DNA from: Octopus vulgaris
Lineage: Eukaryota
Length of the DNA stretch: 64,000 bases
Reading direction: 5' to 3'
Assembly (NCBI GenBank): GCA_951406725.2
Contig: OX597820.1
Location: forward strand, 558,001 to 622,000
Below are positions 1 through 13,489 of the stretch, in pieces; the first letter of the stretch is position 1, and each line of letters opens with the position of its first letter. A program made the translations under genes and the position numbers. The notes beneath the pieces are model-generated. The model did not search any database, was not told the DNA's origin, and was given only the letters and a program-made list of their open reading frames with translations.

Positions 1-944
1 GGTACGTACATATATGTTTATATATATGCATATGTTTTATTTCATTTATTAATATATTATATGACTAAACGCACGCACCCTCTTAAGTAAGATTGTTCTG
101 TATATCAAGTTTTTGTCTTGATATTAACTCTCACGCGCACTCTTCACCTTTCTGTCCCATCCCTATTCTTTGATTTTCTTTTTCCCCCTCTTAACTTGTC
201 TCTTCCTCTCTCTCTCATTCTTCACTCTCTCTCTCTCCCTCACAATTCTTCATGGTCTCCTCGCAGCCTTTCCCCTTCTTCTCTCCCTTCCTCTTGCTCC
301 TCCTCCCCCTTCCCGTCGTCCACCCGCGACGATACTTCCGCCCTGACTGTCGTTTTGGCCTGGCCTTCAAGGTAACTGGACGACATTCTTCCTGCTCTCC
401 TGTCGTTCACAAAAAAGTCTGCGTTTGCAATACTTTTTTCGTTCGGCGCCAACAGCCCTTCTTATCTTGTTTTTCCCTGTCCTGTCTTTTACTGTTATAT
501 TTTTTTACTGTTTATATTTTTTTACTGTTTATTTTTTTACTGTTTATATTTTTGTACTGTCGTTACTGTCCTGTTTTTTTTACAATTTTTTTACCATTTT
601 TTACCCCTCTGCGAAAAGATCTCAGAATTTTAATTGATTTGCTTTTCGCAGGAAGGAAAGTTTCTTGTCGAAGATACGTCTCGCTTTTATCCTTCAAAAC
701 GTAGAGTAGATGAAACCTTAGCGACTGAAGAAGGGTTTTTTTCGTTGTGTTAATTGTCCTGTACTCCATTTTTTGTTGTTTTTAAAAAAATGTCCAGTTC
801 CTTTGGTTTGTGTCTATGTTTTCGTTTCTCTTTGTGTTCGACGTCCGTTTGGTGTCCTGTACTCATATATGCGTGTATATGTACATGTAGAGGTAGGTAC
901 GTACATATATGTTTATATATATGCATATGTTTTATTTCATTTAT

Positions 945-950
<6 letters not shown>
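1..950 (+). mobile_element. Non-coding element with ~50-bp direct repeats, probably a non-autonomous Penelope-like derivative (left end cut by the window)
   Basis: ggtacgtacatatatgtttatatatatgcatatgttttatttcatttatt at 1-50 recurs at ~897-946. The interior is pyrimidine-rich with tandem 'ttttttactgtttat' units resembling the PLE leader at 30.4-30.85 kb. It ends in (TA)n. Confidence 0.4.
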
Positions 951-1006
<56 letters not shown>

Positions 1007-1016
1007 TTAATTTTTC

Positions 1017-1231
1017 ACCATGTGTAACTCGTAAACACCAGTCGTTTTTTTCTCTATCTCCTGTTGCCCGCTTTGGGATCTTTCTTTCCTCTCTCTTCCT
1101 TCTTTATGTTTCCGACGAAGAGCTCCGCTCGAAACGTCATACCTTCCTGCTTCCATTTCCTGAGCGCCTATTAATAATAATACTGTAATTGTTCCATTGT
1201 TGTTATTTTTTTGTTTTCCCGTTTGGATTAA

Positions 1232-1232
<1 letters not shown>
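1017..1232 (+). mobile_element. Solo pseudo-LTR of a Penelope-like family, between (TA)n tracts
   Basis: Similar to 8039-8246, 10855-11052 (-) and the PLE 3' end at 34215-34397 (gaagagc..gctcgaaacgt ... tttcctgagcg ... taata). Confidence 0.7.
1108..1142 (+). ncRNA. Minimal type I hammerhead ribozyme (variant core CCGACGA)
   Basis: gttt-CCGACGA-a-GAGC-tcc-GCTC-GAAAC-GTC-atac; palindromic ACGT stem III and GUC triplet. Confidence 0.65.
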
Positions 1233-1280
<48 letters not shown>

Positions 1281-1851
1281 GTGAGAGAATAATATGTTAA
1301 TGGAAAGTAAGAAACCTATCAATCCCAAATCAAAGAAAGGTGCTAAAATATTCAAACCAAAGAACAATACCCTATGAAGATGTACAATCACAATCACCAG
1401 TTCTCTACTAAACCAGTCAATAACAACAATAATAAAAGCGATCAAAGTCAAAATAATAGCAAGAACTAACTAATATTGATAAGCAAACTAAATTACTAAG
1501 TTCAACTATCTTTACCGAGTACATACATATCAATTACTGGACTCATTATAATCGACTATTCCTCCTCCTTTCAAAATTGCTGGTTTTGTACCTAAGTAAG
1601 AAACCGCTCGGAAAATAAGGGAAGAAGGGGAAGTGCTGTCTTCGGGTCAGTTTGCTGAAAGGTGGATTGATAGTGGCAAGAATGGTGCGAATGAACGGCC
1701 TGCCCTGAACATACGCCTGTAGTTGGAAAAAGGGTACCTACCCCAAAAGTCAGGGTACCCATGCTTATTTCTTATGGGTTTTCATGAGCAGCTCTCGAAC
1801 GTCTCCTCCCTATTGAGGATCACACATTGTTGATTTTTACGCAAAACCCTC

Positions 1852-1888
<37 letters not shown>

Positions 1889-1951
1889 TTCTTTGTTTTG
1901 TCCTGTGCTGTCCATAATGTTTTTGTTAATGTAAACCCTTGTGGTTAAGAA

Positions 1952-2006
<55 letters not shown>

Positions 2007-2140
2007 GAAACCTCACAGCCTATTTTGCTGGGCATGATGGAAAGTGTCAGCTGGCCACAGCCAGCAGACTAAGGTGACATTTGTTTACGGTCATGCTTCT
2101 AAACTCTGCGAAGAATTCTTGCCTTAATTATCATTATTAC

Positions 2141-2195
<55 letters not shown>

Positions 2196-2479
2196 CCCCC
2201 CACTCACTTCCCCCTGTTTGTCTGCTGCATCTCTTGCAAATTCCTGATGAAAGAATCTCTGTATTGTGTGAAGGCCTCATTATATTTTTGAAATCTATGT
2301 TTGTAGTTATTTATTCTCTGATGCCATCTATTTCAGTCGGGAATGTGCAAAATTAGACGAGATGCTTGCTTTCATCGGCAGATAGAGGTGATAAGTGATA
2401 TATTACGTGAAACAACAAAATAAATGAATGGATAGATAAATAAAAATAAGAATAACAATAATTCTTTTGTAATTTTGGC

Positions 2480-2668
2480 ATTAGGCCAGAGATTTTGAGG
2501 GGAGGGGTGTAAGTTGATTGCTCTACTAGAACTTTATTTTATCCCCTCCGAAGAGATGAAAGGCAAAGTTAACCTCAGCAGCATTTGAACTCAGAACGTA
2601 AAGAGCTGGAAGAAATGTCACTAAGCATTTTGGCCGCCGCAATAACGATTCTGTCAGCTCGCTGCCTT
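2480..2668 (-). mobile_element. tRNA-derived SINE (Nin/Deu-like core family)
   Basis: Reverse complement of ggcagcgagctgacagaatcgtt...gttctgagttcaaat...tttgcctttcatc; same family as 23556-23985. Confidence 0.7.
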
Positions 2669-2714
2669 AAAAAAAAATTATAATAATAATAATAATTATT
2701 ATTATTGTTATTAT

Positions 2715-3270
2715 AAATGCCTTGATGCAGTTCGAGGCAGTGGCTCTCATGGCTTCTGACCTTAACTGATTGGATGTGTTATCATGTACATTGTTTTGTC
2801 TTGGTATAAAAGATGGGCTTCAGCAAATATTCTGCTCAATACCACAGATTTGCTTGTCAGTTGTTTGACCATAACCAGTTTGACCATGTCCCTTAGTGGC
2901 TGACGATATGTGCATCTCTGATTCCGGACAGAAGTTGTTGGGGAGCATCGTAGCCATGTGTCGAGAGAGATTCTTTGGGGTTTGAATAATTCACCTCTGG
3001 AAACATGGGTGTTTCGTTCAACATCCTTAAACAACCCTTATTCAGGGACCTTTTGAACGGGATGGGCTACTCGATCAGAAGAAAATTCTAACTGGGCCCC
3101 ACCTGCAAGGTCATGTGCTGTTTATCTTGATATGAGATCACCATGTCGCGCACATATGGTTGTGATGCATGTGCCCAGTGTACCCTTACCAGACGGGTAG
3201 TCATGATGGGTATACTGGGCTTCGTATATTTTACCCCAGTATCACTTTGATGGCATGCACTGCTCTCTCA
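2715..3270. repeat. Unclassified ~550-bp probable interspersed repeat between (TAA)/(CAA) tracts
   Basis: Higher-complexity block sharply bounded by trinucleotide microsatellites, with no credible ORF. Confidence 0.35.
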
Positions 3271-3294
3271 CACAACAACAACAATAATAATAAT

Positions 3295-5600
3295 AGGGCA
3301 AAAATCCGGAGCAAAAACGTTCAATACAGTATAAACAGAGACTGGTTACGGGAGTGTAAAAGAGAAATGGGAGATAGAGTGACACAAGAAAGTATGATTA
3401 CGCATAAGAAAGTAAAAGATAATCAAGAAAATACCAAACTGGAATGCACCCCACCCCGCCTCCCTGGATCAGATGGCTCAGAAACTCTCCAAGTAGAGAC
3501 AGCCGTATACGTCCGTTTTTTTTTTTAAAATACAAAATGGAACACCAGCATGGATGGCAAAAGGAAGGACAATGGTGATACAGGACAAAGATAATGGAAG
3601 GTAAGTCAGCAAATATAGACTTATTACTTGCTCATCATTACTATGGAAACTATTAACTGGCCTCACTTCAGATGAAGTCACTTTCTGGAAAAGGAGATCC
3701 TACTGAGAGAAGAGCCAAAAAGAATTAAGAAGAAACCAAGAGAAACCGCTGATCTGCTTTTCATAGACAGAACAATATTAAATGAGGTACGAATAAAGAA
3801 GAGTTTAGCTGTTGGATGTACAGATAATAGAAAGGCTTAGGACAGTGTCCCACACGGCTGGCTGTTGGAGTGTCTGAGGAGACTGGGAGTCAATGAGAAG
3901 ATAACTTTTTTGGAGAAAGCAATGAGAGTGTGGGAAGTAGAGCTGACATGTGCAAGTGAATCACGAGGCAACGTGGAAACACGTAGAGCGAGTTTCGCAG
4001 GGAAACTCGCTCTCTCCATTACTCTTCGTCCTTGCGCTAATTCCTCTGACAAGTATATCGAGAGAACTCTTATGAGTTTCCGAATCCAGGATGAGAATAA
4101 ATCACCTACTTTATATGAATGACGTCAAGCTGGGTACAAAAAAGGAGACAGACCCAACTCCTTGATCCAAGAGAGTATTCAACAAAAGATATTGGAATAT
4201 AAATTGGGGTAAATAAGTACTTAGTACTAATTATGAAGAGAGGTCGGGAGGTAAACGCTGATGGCATAAAATCACCACAAGACAACACCATTTGGCCTCT
4301 GTAGAATAACGAGGCATACAAATATCTAAGAGTGTTGCAAGACGATAGGATAATGGAAGGAGAAATGAGAGAGGAAGACATTAAAGACTACAAGAGGAGA
4401 ATTAGGAAGGTTCTCGAAATAGAATTAAATGGAAAGAACATCATTAAAGTCATAAATACATGGGCAATGCCTGTATTGAGGTTCTCTGATCTCTTTCTGA
4501 AGTGGACAAATCTCGAGCTGCAGAACTTGAATCGAAGGAGCAGAAAGACGGTAACAATGCATGACCCAATCCATCCTAAAAGTAATTCCGACTGATTCTG
4601 TCGGCCAGGAAGGAAAGGGTGGCAGGCGATTACTAAACGCGGAAGACAATGTTGGTAGGACGGCACGAGGCCTGAAAGATCATGTTGTGCAGAATAAAGA
4701 ATACATTCGGCAGTTAGAGATACCGAAATGGTGGCCGAAACAGTAGGACAATTCAGAGAGAGGAGGAGGAACAGATTAAACAAAAAGAAAGAAATGGAAC
4801 TGCATGGCCAATTCATGCAACAGACCGAAAATATTGGAAGTGAAGATCGCTGGCTTTGGTTGATGGACGGCAACTTGAAAGAGAAACAGAAACATTAATT
4901 ACAGCCTCTCAGGAACAAGCACTTAGAACATAACTGATAAAGGCAAAGATCAACAAAACTCAATCAGACAGCAAATGTGGAATCTGTAAAAAAGGAGCAG
5001 AGAGTATCAATCATATTTTGAGTGAGTGCAGTATACTAGCACAAAAGAAATACAAGCGCAGACATGACTTGTGTATGCAAAAGAGTGCATTGGGATGTTA
5101 ACTGAGAGTAGCTTCAACATTGCAGAAAAGTGGTTGCAACACGAACCAGAGGCTGTGATAGGAAATGAGAATACAGGATCTTATTGGACTTCGCCATAAA
5201 GACTAACCATTCTATTGAGATAAGACCAGCCATGATTGCAGAGGATAAAATAAACAAACAGTGTAAGATCATAGATCTTGCATTTCTATACGACAGCAAA
5301 GTCGATATCAAAGAAATAGAGAAAACTCACAAATGCCAGGATCTAGCCAGAGAGCTGAGGAGACTGTGGAAGATGAAGACAATTATTCTTGTGGTAATTT
5401 GTGCAGTTGGCACAACACCAATAAAGCTGTTGAAAAGACTATAAGAGAATGGACTTGAAACTCGCATTGTTAACCTGCAGAAAAGTACCATCTAATATTC
5501 TGTGAGAATCCTATGAAAAGTTCTTAAGATTTCAGGAGACTTGTTGCCGCCAAACCTCAAGATAAAATACCTGCAACTAAATTAGCAAGCACTAGCGAAA
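3295..5600 (+). mobile_element. Decayed R4/Dong-clade non-LTR retrotransposon (RT plus restriction-like endonuclease), 5' truncated
   Basis: Frameshifted RT motifs (DSVPHGWL, HLLYMNDVKL, LNGKNIIKVINTWAMPVLRFS, LHGQF), a CCHC knuckle CGICKKGAESINHILSEC with RHD, and an RP(D)..KIIDLA..KEIEK endonuclease region. Flanked by (CAA)(TAA) repeats. Confidence 0.85.
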
Positions 5601-6254
5601 TAACAACAACAACAACAACAATAGTAATTTTAAAATAAGTATTATTATTATTATGGAATTTACCTAGCTGAACAAGACAGTCTGGATTAATCTAGAGTAG
5701 TGAGCGCAAGGTAAAAAAATTGTTTATGGGAGGTCCAACTTTGCATTTAGGACCCATGGTTAATTCTTTTTGAGACGGTTTAAAAAAACAAGGTGCATGT
5801 TATACACTATCGAATACAATATATTAAAGTTGAAAGTTTCTGCAATAAGAACGGAAACGGTTCTCTTGCAAATCTTGACGTAGTGCTGTCACTCTTTTGA
5901 AGAATATTATGCAAGCCATTCATTACGATCAGTACTAAGGACGTCCTTAAAAATCCCGTTAATTACTCGACTTGTCAGAGCACTTTGCTACAACAGTTCG
6001 TAGTTGGAACAGATGCTGCACCTCACGACACACACCCCAACGTATATTATATATACTTCATCATATACCTTCATTTTGTTGTTCTCATCATACATAACTT
6101 ATGATCTTTCAATGTAAAATAAGTGTTTGTTTATATTGCCGGTACAGTCAAAACGGTATAGCAATTAACGTGACTACAGGTGTGAGGTGGTATAATTATG
6201 GAATATTGGCGTTCTGATGTATTTGTATAAGTGTGAGTATATGCACACGTACAC

Positions 6255-6297
<43 letters not shown>

Positions 6298-6495
6298 CAC
6301 ACACACACCGCTATAATGTTTACTGGAATACTGATTAAACGATGTAGATTAACACACAATCGTATGTGTATGTGAATGTGTGTGTGTGTGTGTGTGTGTA
6401 CGTGTATATGTGTGTGTGTGTATGTAAGCATATATATATATGTATTTATATAAAAAAGTATATATTTACATTCATATATTTTTTCTATATTTTTG

Positions 6496-6547
<52 letters not shown>

Positions 6548-7169
6548 CATACATTCATACAAATGCATATATATATATACATTCATGCAAATATATACAT
6601 ATATATAGTCTATACATTCATTTACCTAATTTACCTGCTGTTATCCACCAGTCTTACCAGCAGCATAACCATCAGCCACCTAAAGACATTAGTTAGAAAT
6701 AGCAAACCCTACCAAAACCATTCCCGCCTCAACTGATAAATCACTGCAGATGCCATTGTGCTTAGAAACGAAATTGGTGAATGAATTAAAAAAGGAAACC
6801 TTCTGCAAGATTCTCTTCTGCCAAAGAAGTATCGAAGAATTCAGTCAACTGAAACCGGCCAAGTCTATCAGTAAACCGTGTTACACACGTACACATATAT
6901 ACATAATACATACATACATACATGCATACATGCATACATGCATACATACATACATACATACATACATTTTCACTCATTTGTGTAAAGGCAGTTATGCATA
7001 TATATATGTGAGTGTGTGTGTGTGTGTGTGTGTGTACGTGCATAAATATATATACACAAAAGTATACACATCTACTCATATGCACACATGTCTACACACG
7101 TATGTACGTGAACGTCAGTATGTGTGTGTATAAGTATATATATACACTTCCATACAAACTTATACCCAC

Positions 7170-7191
7170 AGGGTTAGGGTTAGGGTTAGGG
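7170..7191 (+). repeat. Short interstitial (TTAGGG)3
   Basis: agggttagggttagggttaggg. Confidence 0.6.
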
Positions 7192-7238
7192 TATGTATAT
7201 ATATGCGTATGTATGTGCGTATGTATGTGCAGGAGTAA

Positions 7239-7305
<67 letters not shown>

Positions 7306-7435
7306 TTTAAAATGAGGGTAAAAAATTGAATATTAATTGAATTAATATCAATTTAAAACCAGTGGTCTAGCATATTAAAATCTGAAGATTCCGAAAATTA
7401 TATTACATACATATAAGAGTGATGACCAATGTATG

Positions 7436-7483
<48 letters not shown>

Positions 7484-7493
<10 letters not shown>

Positions 7494-7861
7494 GAGGGCA
7501 TTTACACATAAATGCCACACGCTAGGAGGGACTTTCAAAGTCATTACTACCAAAAAATAATATATGACGAATGAACATTTCCATGTGCTACGATGGAGGC
7601 GACGGTTATCTGTTTGGTTCTGCCGGGTATGTTGGTTTTGTTTATTCTTGATATGTCTTGAATATGTTTCACTGATGAACAAAAGACGTAGATAATACGT
7701 TAATTGCGAAATCACAGGTGATCTGGAACTAAATTCTGTTTCTAAATGTCTTGCTTCGAGAGCTGCATTCGGTACGATTCGTTTATTTTTTGGTAGTAAT
7801 GACTTTGAAAGTCCCTCCTAGCGTGTGACATTTATGCGTAATAATGCCCTCTATATAATAT
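7484..7861 (+). mobile_element. Fold-back element with ~78-bp inverted arms enclosing a hammerhead
   Basis: Arm 7484-7560 (atagagggcat...gctaggagggactttcaaagtcattactaccaaaaaataa) is the near-exact reverse complement of 7783-7861. It adjoins (TA)n. Confidence 0.75.
7666..7729 (+). ncRNA. Type I hammerhead ribozyme
   Basis: Stem I gtttca/tggaac; CTGATGA; stem II caa..gacgta-gataa-tacgtt..ttg; GAAA; stem III atcac/gtgat; AUC triplet. Positions 10.1-11.1 form an A-C mismatch. Confidence 0.75.
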
Positions 7862-7976
7862 AAATAAATATTTTCAAGTGAAAAAATTTTCTGATTTTTT
7901 CTCTTATGAGGCTTTTCACGCTATCTACCTGATAATTTCTTCTTAAGATTTCTTATTAAGATTTTATCCTTAATTG

Positions 7977-8019
<43 letters not shown>

Positions 8020-8038
8020 CATATATACATATTACAAA

Positions 8039-8241
8039 ATGTGACCGCGTTTGTACCGTTGGCGGTTTTTCCCCTCCGTCTTCCCTTCTTTGGATCTTTC
8101 CCTTCCTTAGTTTCTGACGAAGAGCTCCGCTCGAAACGTTAAGCCCTCTTTCTTTCCTTCTTTCCTGAGCGTCCAATAATACTATACTTGTTCCACTACC
8201 TCACGTTGTTGTGTTTTCTCTTTGTGTTTTCATGTTTGGAT

Positions 8242-8246
<5 letters not shown>
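8039..8246 (+). mobile_element. Solo PLE pseudo-LTR in (TA)n
   Basis: Clearly homologous to the reverse complement of 10855-11052; TA arrays on both sides. Confidence 0.75.
8110..8144 (+). ncRNA. Minimal type I hammerhead ribozyme
   Basis: gttt-CTGACGA-a-GAGC-tcc-GCTC-GAAAC-GTT-aagc. Confidence 0.75.
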
Positions 8247-8296
<50 letters not shown>

Positions 8297-8451
8297 ATAT
8301 ATATATCTATATCTATATATCTATATCTATATATCTATCTATCTATCTATATATATATATATATATATACATATCTATATCTATATTTATTTATATATAT
8401 ATATACATATCTATATCTATCTATATATATATATATATATATATATCTATA

Positions 8452-8491
<40 letters not shown>

Positions 8492-8517
8492 TATCTATAT
8501 ATCTATATATATCTATA

Positions 8518-8556
<39 letters not shown>

Positions 8557-8562
8557 ATATAT

Positions 8563-8693
<131 letters not shown>

Positions 8694-8877
8694 ACCATCT
8701 CAAGTGTAACTGCCCGAAACGGTCGTGACTTGTGAGACTTGACTGATGAAAGAAAGGCAATAACGACCCGTCATTTTTTGCTTGTCATTCTAATTGTTGT
8801 TTCTCTCGTCCGCCTTTGTATCGTCTCTCTGTCCGAACGTTTTGATTCCCTTTATTGCGTTTTTGTATCTCGAAGGG

Positions 8878-8926
<49 letters not shown>

Positions 8927-9064
8927 TCACGATGAGGATATTCAAACCTCATATAGGGATGTTTATCCAAGGTACACTGGTTTGATATATTAAATTTTGA
9001 AGAGATAATCCTTGAGTGAATATATCATATAGAATATCGTAAGATATCAAACATTTGTATTGAG

Positions 9065-9322
9065 TTAGAAAACAGAGAGATCTAATGGATACAAATTAAT
9101 TTATTAATTAATCGACATATTAACCAGCAATTGTCTCATTTCTCAAATAAGATTAAAATTACAAAATATATATAAAAGTATAATTTTGCCTTTTAAATGT
9201 CTTATAAGGAATCATCACGATAATTTTCCTTATAAGGTATTTGGAAAGCAAAATTATATTTTTATATATGTTTTGTAATTTTAATCTTATTTAATCCCCA
9301 TTAGATCTCTCTGTTTTCTAAT
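9065..9322. repeat. Imperfect AT-rich fold-back palindrome
   Basis: ttagaaaacagagagatctaatgg pairs with ccattagatctctctgttttctaa; inner arms aataagattaaaattacaaaa...ttataaggaa pair with ttccttataa...ttttgtaattttaatcttatt. Confidence 0.75.
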
Positions 9323-9589
9323 TGATATATATATATATGTATGTATAAAATCCCTTCGATATGCAATATATATAACAATATGTTGATGTTCTTTCACCCT
9401 CTCTGATGTCAGTGACTTATGAATTATGAGTGAATGTAGGACGAATGACTAATGCACTCACTATTTTGCTTAATCAAAGCAAATTCCATATTTTCTCAGC
9501 TTTCACTGCAATTCCAAAATATGTTGAAATCGGATTTTTAAGAATGCATTAACAATGTTCTTTTGTATTTTTATGTTTTACTTGCTGTT

Positions 9590-9760
9590 GTGCTGTTGCC
9601 ATTGAAGTATGGCCCTACTGGGGCACCGCCTTGACGAGCTTAGTCGAGCAAACCGACGCCAGCACTTATTTTTAAAGCCTGGTACTTATTCTATGGGCTG
9701 CCTTTGCCGAACCGCAAAATCTCGAGGACGTAAACAAACCATCACCAATTGTCGAGCATA
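9590..9760 (-). mobile_element. SINE 3' fragment
   Basis: Contains ctggggcaccgcc...ctggtacttattctat...ttgccgaaccgc, as in 28560-28970. Confidence 0.6.
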
Positions 9761-9767
9761 TATATTC

Positions 9768-9810
<43 letters not shown>

Positions 9811-9811
<1 letters not shown>

Positions 9812-10511
9812 TAGCTTAAAAGCTGCACTCTGTGCGAACTTTTAAGCTAGCTCCTGCGGAGGGATAATTGGACCTGAAGCCCCGAATCAAGAAAGCGATA
9901 ATAATAAAGCCTGTTACCCTGCCAACATGGTATTACTTTAAATTCGGTTTAAATGAAAAGCTTGTAACTTCACAAATTTTTGGAGTTCTTTTAAAATTTG
10001 AAGATATACAAACATACATACATACATATATATGTGTGCGTGTATATATATGTATATATGTATTGTGAATTTGTGTCTGTGTTTGTCCCCCAACACTGCT
10101 TGATGACTGGTGTTGCTGTGTTTACGTTCACGTAACTTAACGGTTCGGTAAAAGAGATCAATAAAAAAGTACCAGGTATAAAAAAGAAGCAAGTTCTGTC
10201 GATCTGTTTGATTAAAATTCTTCAAGGCAGTGCCCCAGCGTGGCCGCAGCCTACTGACTGTGAAAGATACTAAATTCCTTATTAAAACTTACAGTTAAGG
10301 GAGATAACTCTTGTACTTCTCACGGTCACTTTACCTGTTAGAAATAGCAAACCAAATGCTTTTATATCCCAATGCTGGATATTCAAGAACCGAATGAAGG
10401 ACGGATTTTCAGTCCTGGGATCATCCTGATTCCAAAAAGGTATAATATGTCTATGTAGAGCAAATGTAGACTGAGATACAAGGGTCTCAGACAGACAGAA
10501 TTTCACTTTTA

Positions 10512-10515
<4 letters not shown>
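9811..10515 (-). mobile_element. Non-autonomous Helitron-like element with a SINE fragment (10030-10262) inside
   Basis: Minus strand begins tattcataaaagtgaaattctgtctgtc (Helitron-like 5' end) and ends in a gcac-aga-gtgc hairpin followed by CTAG|T. Confidence 0.45.
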
Positions 10516-10567
<52 letters not shown>

Positions 10568-10580
10568 TATATATATATAA

Positions 10581-10684
<104 letters not shown>

Positions 10685-10696
10685 TATATATATATT

Positions 10697-10728
<32 letters not shown>

Positions 10729-10732
10729 TATT

Positions 10733-10763
<31 letters not shown>

Positions 10764-10775
10764 ATTATATATATA

Positions 10776-10852
<77 letters not shown>

Positions 10853-10854
10853 GT

Positions 10855-11049
10855 AGTTAATCCAAACATGAAAACACAAAGAGAAAACACAACAACGCGA
10901 GGACGTGGAACAAGTATAGTATTATTGGACGCTCAGGAAAGCAGGGGAGTTTAACGTTTCGAGCGGAGCTCTTCGTCAGAAACATAGGAAAAGGAAAGAT
11001 CTAAAGAAGAGAAGATGGAGGAAAAAAATCGCCAACAGTACACACGCGG

Positions 11050-11052
<3 letters not shown>
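10855..11052 (-). mobile_element. Solo PLE pseudo-LTR in (TA)n
   Basis: Reverse-complement homologue of 8039-8246. Confidence 0.75.
10949..10983 (-). ncRNA. Minimal type I hammerhead ribozyme
   Basis: Minus strand: gttt-CTGACGA-a-GAGC-tcc-GCTC-GAAAC-GTT-aaac. Confidence 0.75.
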
Positions 11053-11094
<42 letters not shown>

Positions 11095-11098
<4 letters not shown>

Positions 11099-11666
11099 AA
11101 ATTTAGAGGAATGACCACTAAAGTGGATAGCTATATGCTAAACATAGACATTAAATCGCCATTACTATGAAGAATGTGTTCTCAAGAAAAATCTCAGCAA
11201 AAAAACAAAAAACAAAGTGTAAAAATAAGCAAGGCAAATGAAAATATACGAAATAAAAATGATTACCTATGTACCATTGGTTTCACTTGTTAATATTTAC
11301 GTATATGGACACGCAAATATCTGCAAGATCACCAGCATAGTCTGTCGTTTACAAAACACAATTTCCAGAACTAGATACAGAACTCTCAATCGAAATCGAG
11401 TATGTATAAAGTTCTACAAATTATATTTAGGTGTATCTTTCAAATGCCTTCACTTTGGCGTGCTGAGATCGGAAACTACTCCGCAGTTAATAAACTACAG
11501 CAGTCAATTTAGAGAACATTTTTTAAATTTAAAATTAGATAAGGGTAGAAATTGATATTAATCAATTAAAACCAGTGGCTTAGTATATTTAAAAAATCCA
11601 AAGATTAAAAATTGTGTTACATACAAAATTTAGAGGAATGACTACTAAAGTGGACAGCCTATATGC

Positions 11667-11668
<2 letters not shown>
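11095..11668 (-). mobile_element. Retrozyme-like non-coding element with ~46-bp direct terminal repeats in (TA)n
   Basis: tacaaaatttagaggaatgacYactaaagtggaYagc(c)tatatgcta at 11095-11140 and 11622-11668; internal hammerhead. 11540-11625 resembles 7310-7410. Confidence 0.6.
11267..11340 (-). ncRNA. Degenerate type I hammerhead with long stem II
   Basis: ctatg-CTGGTGA-t-cttg..gatatttgcgt..acgtaaatatt..caag-t-GAAAC-caatg-GTA-catag; all three helices form, with an A6G core change. Confidence 0.6.
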
Positions 11669-13127
<1,459 letters not shown>

Positions 13128-13446
13128 CACACACACGCACACACGCACACACGCATACACAGACGCGCTCGCGCACGCACGCACACACACACACACACAC
13201 AACACCACCCATGAAATCGAAGTTTGGTAATCGCATGAATATAGGAGCTAAAAAATTTTAGAGCGTAAACACACCTGTGGAATGCATTGCAGTTTGGCAC
13301 GAAGCTTAAGAATGCTATCAGACCTGATATGTATACCTCACAGCAAAGTGAAATTTAAACGTCCTTCCCAGAATAATACTTAAATGTCTGCCTCAGATTT
13401 GAACTCACCGAGTAATATTTCATCCGATTCTGTATTCTGTGATTAG

Positions 13447-13489
<43 letters not shown>

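Noticed and set aside
645-740. gaagga/tccttc-AAAAC-GTA ... CTGAAGA as a possible permuted hammerhead
   Set aside because: The core halves cannot be joined by consistent helices.
8710-8760. GAAACGGTC ... CTGATGA, a possible type II hammerhead
   Set aside because: Stems I and II do not pair convincingly.
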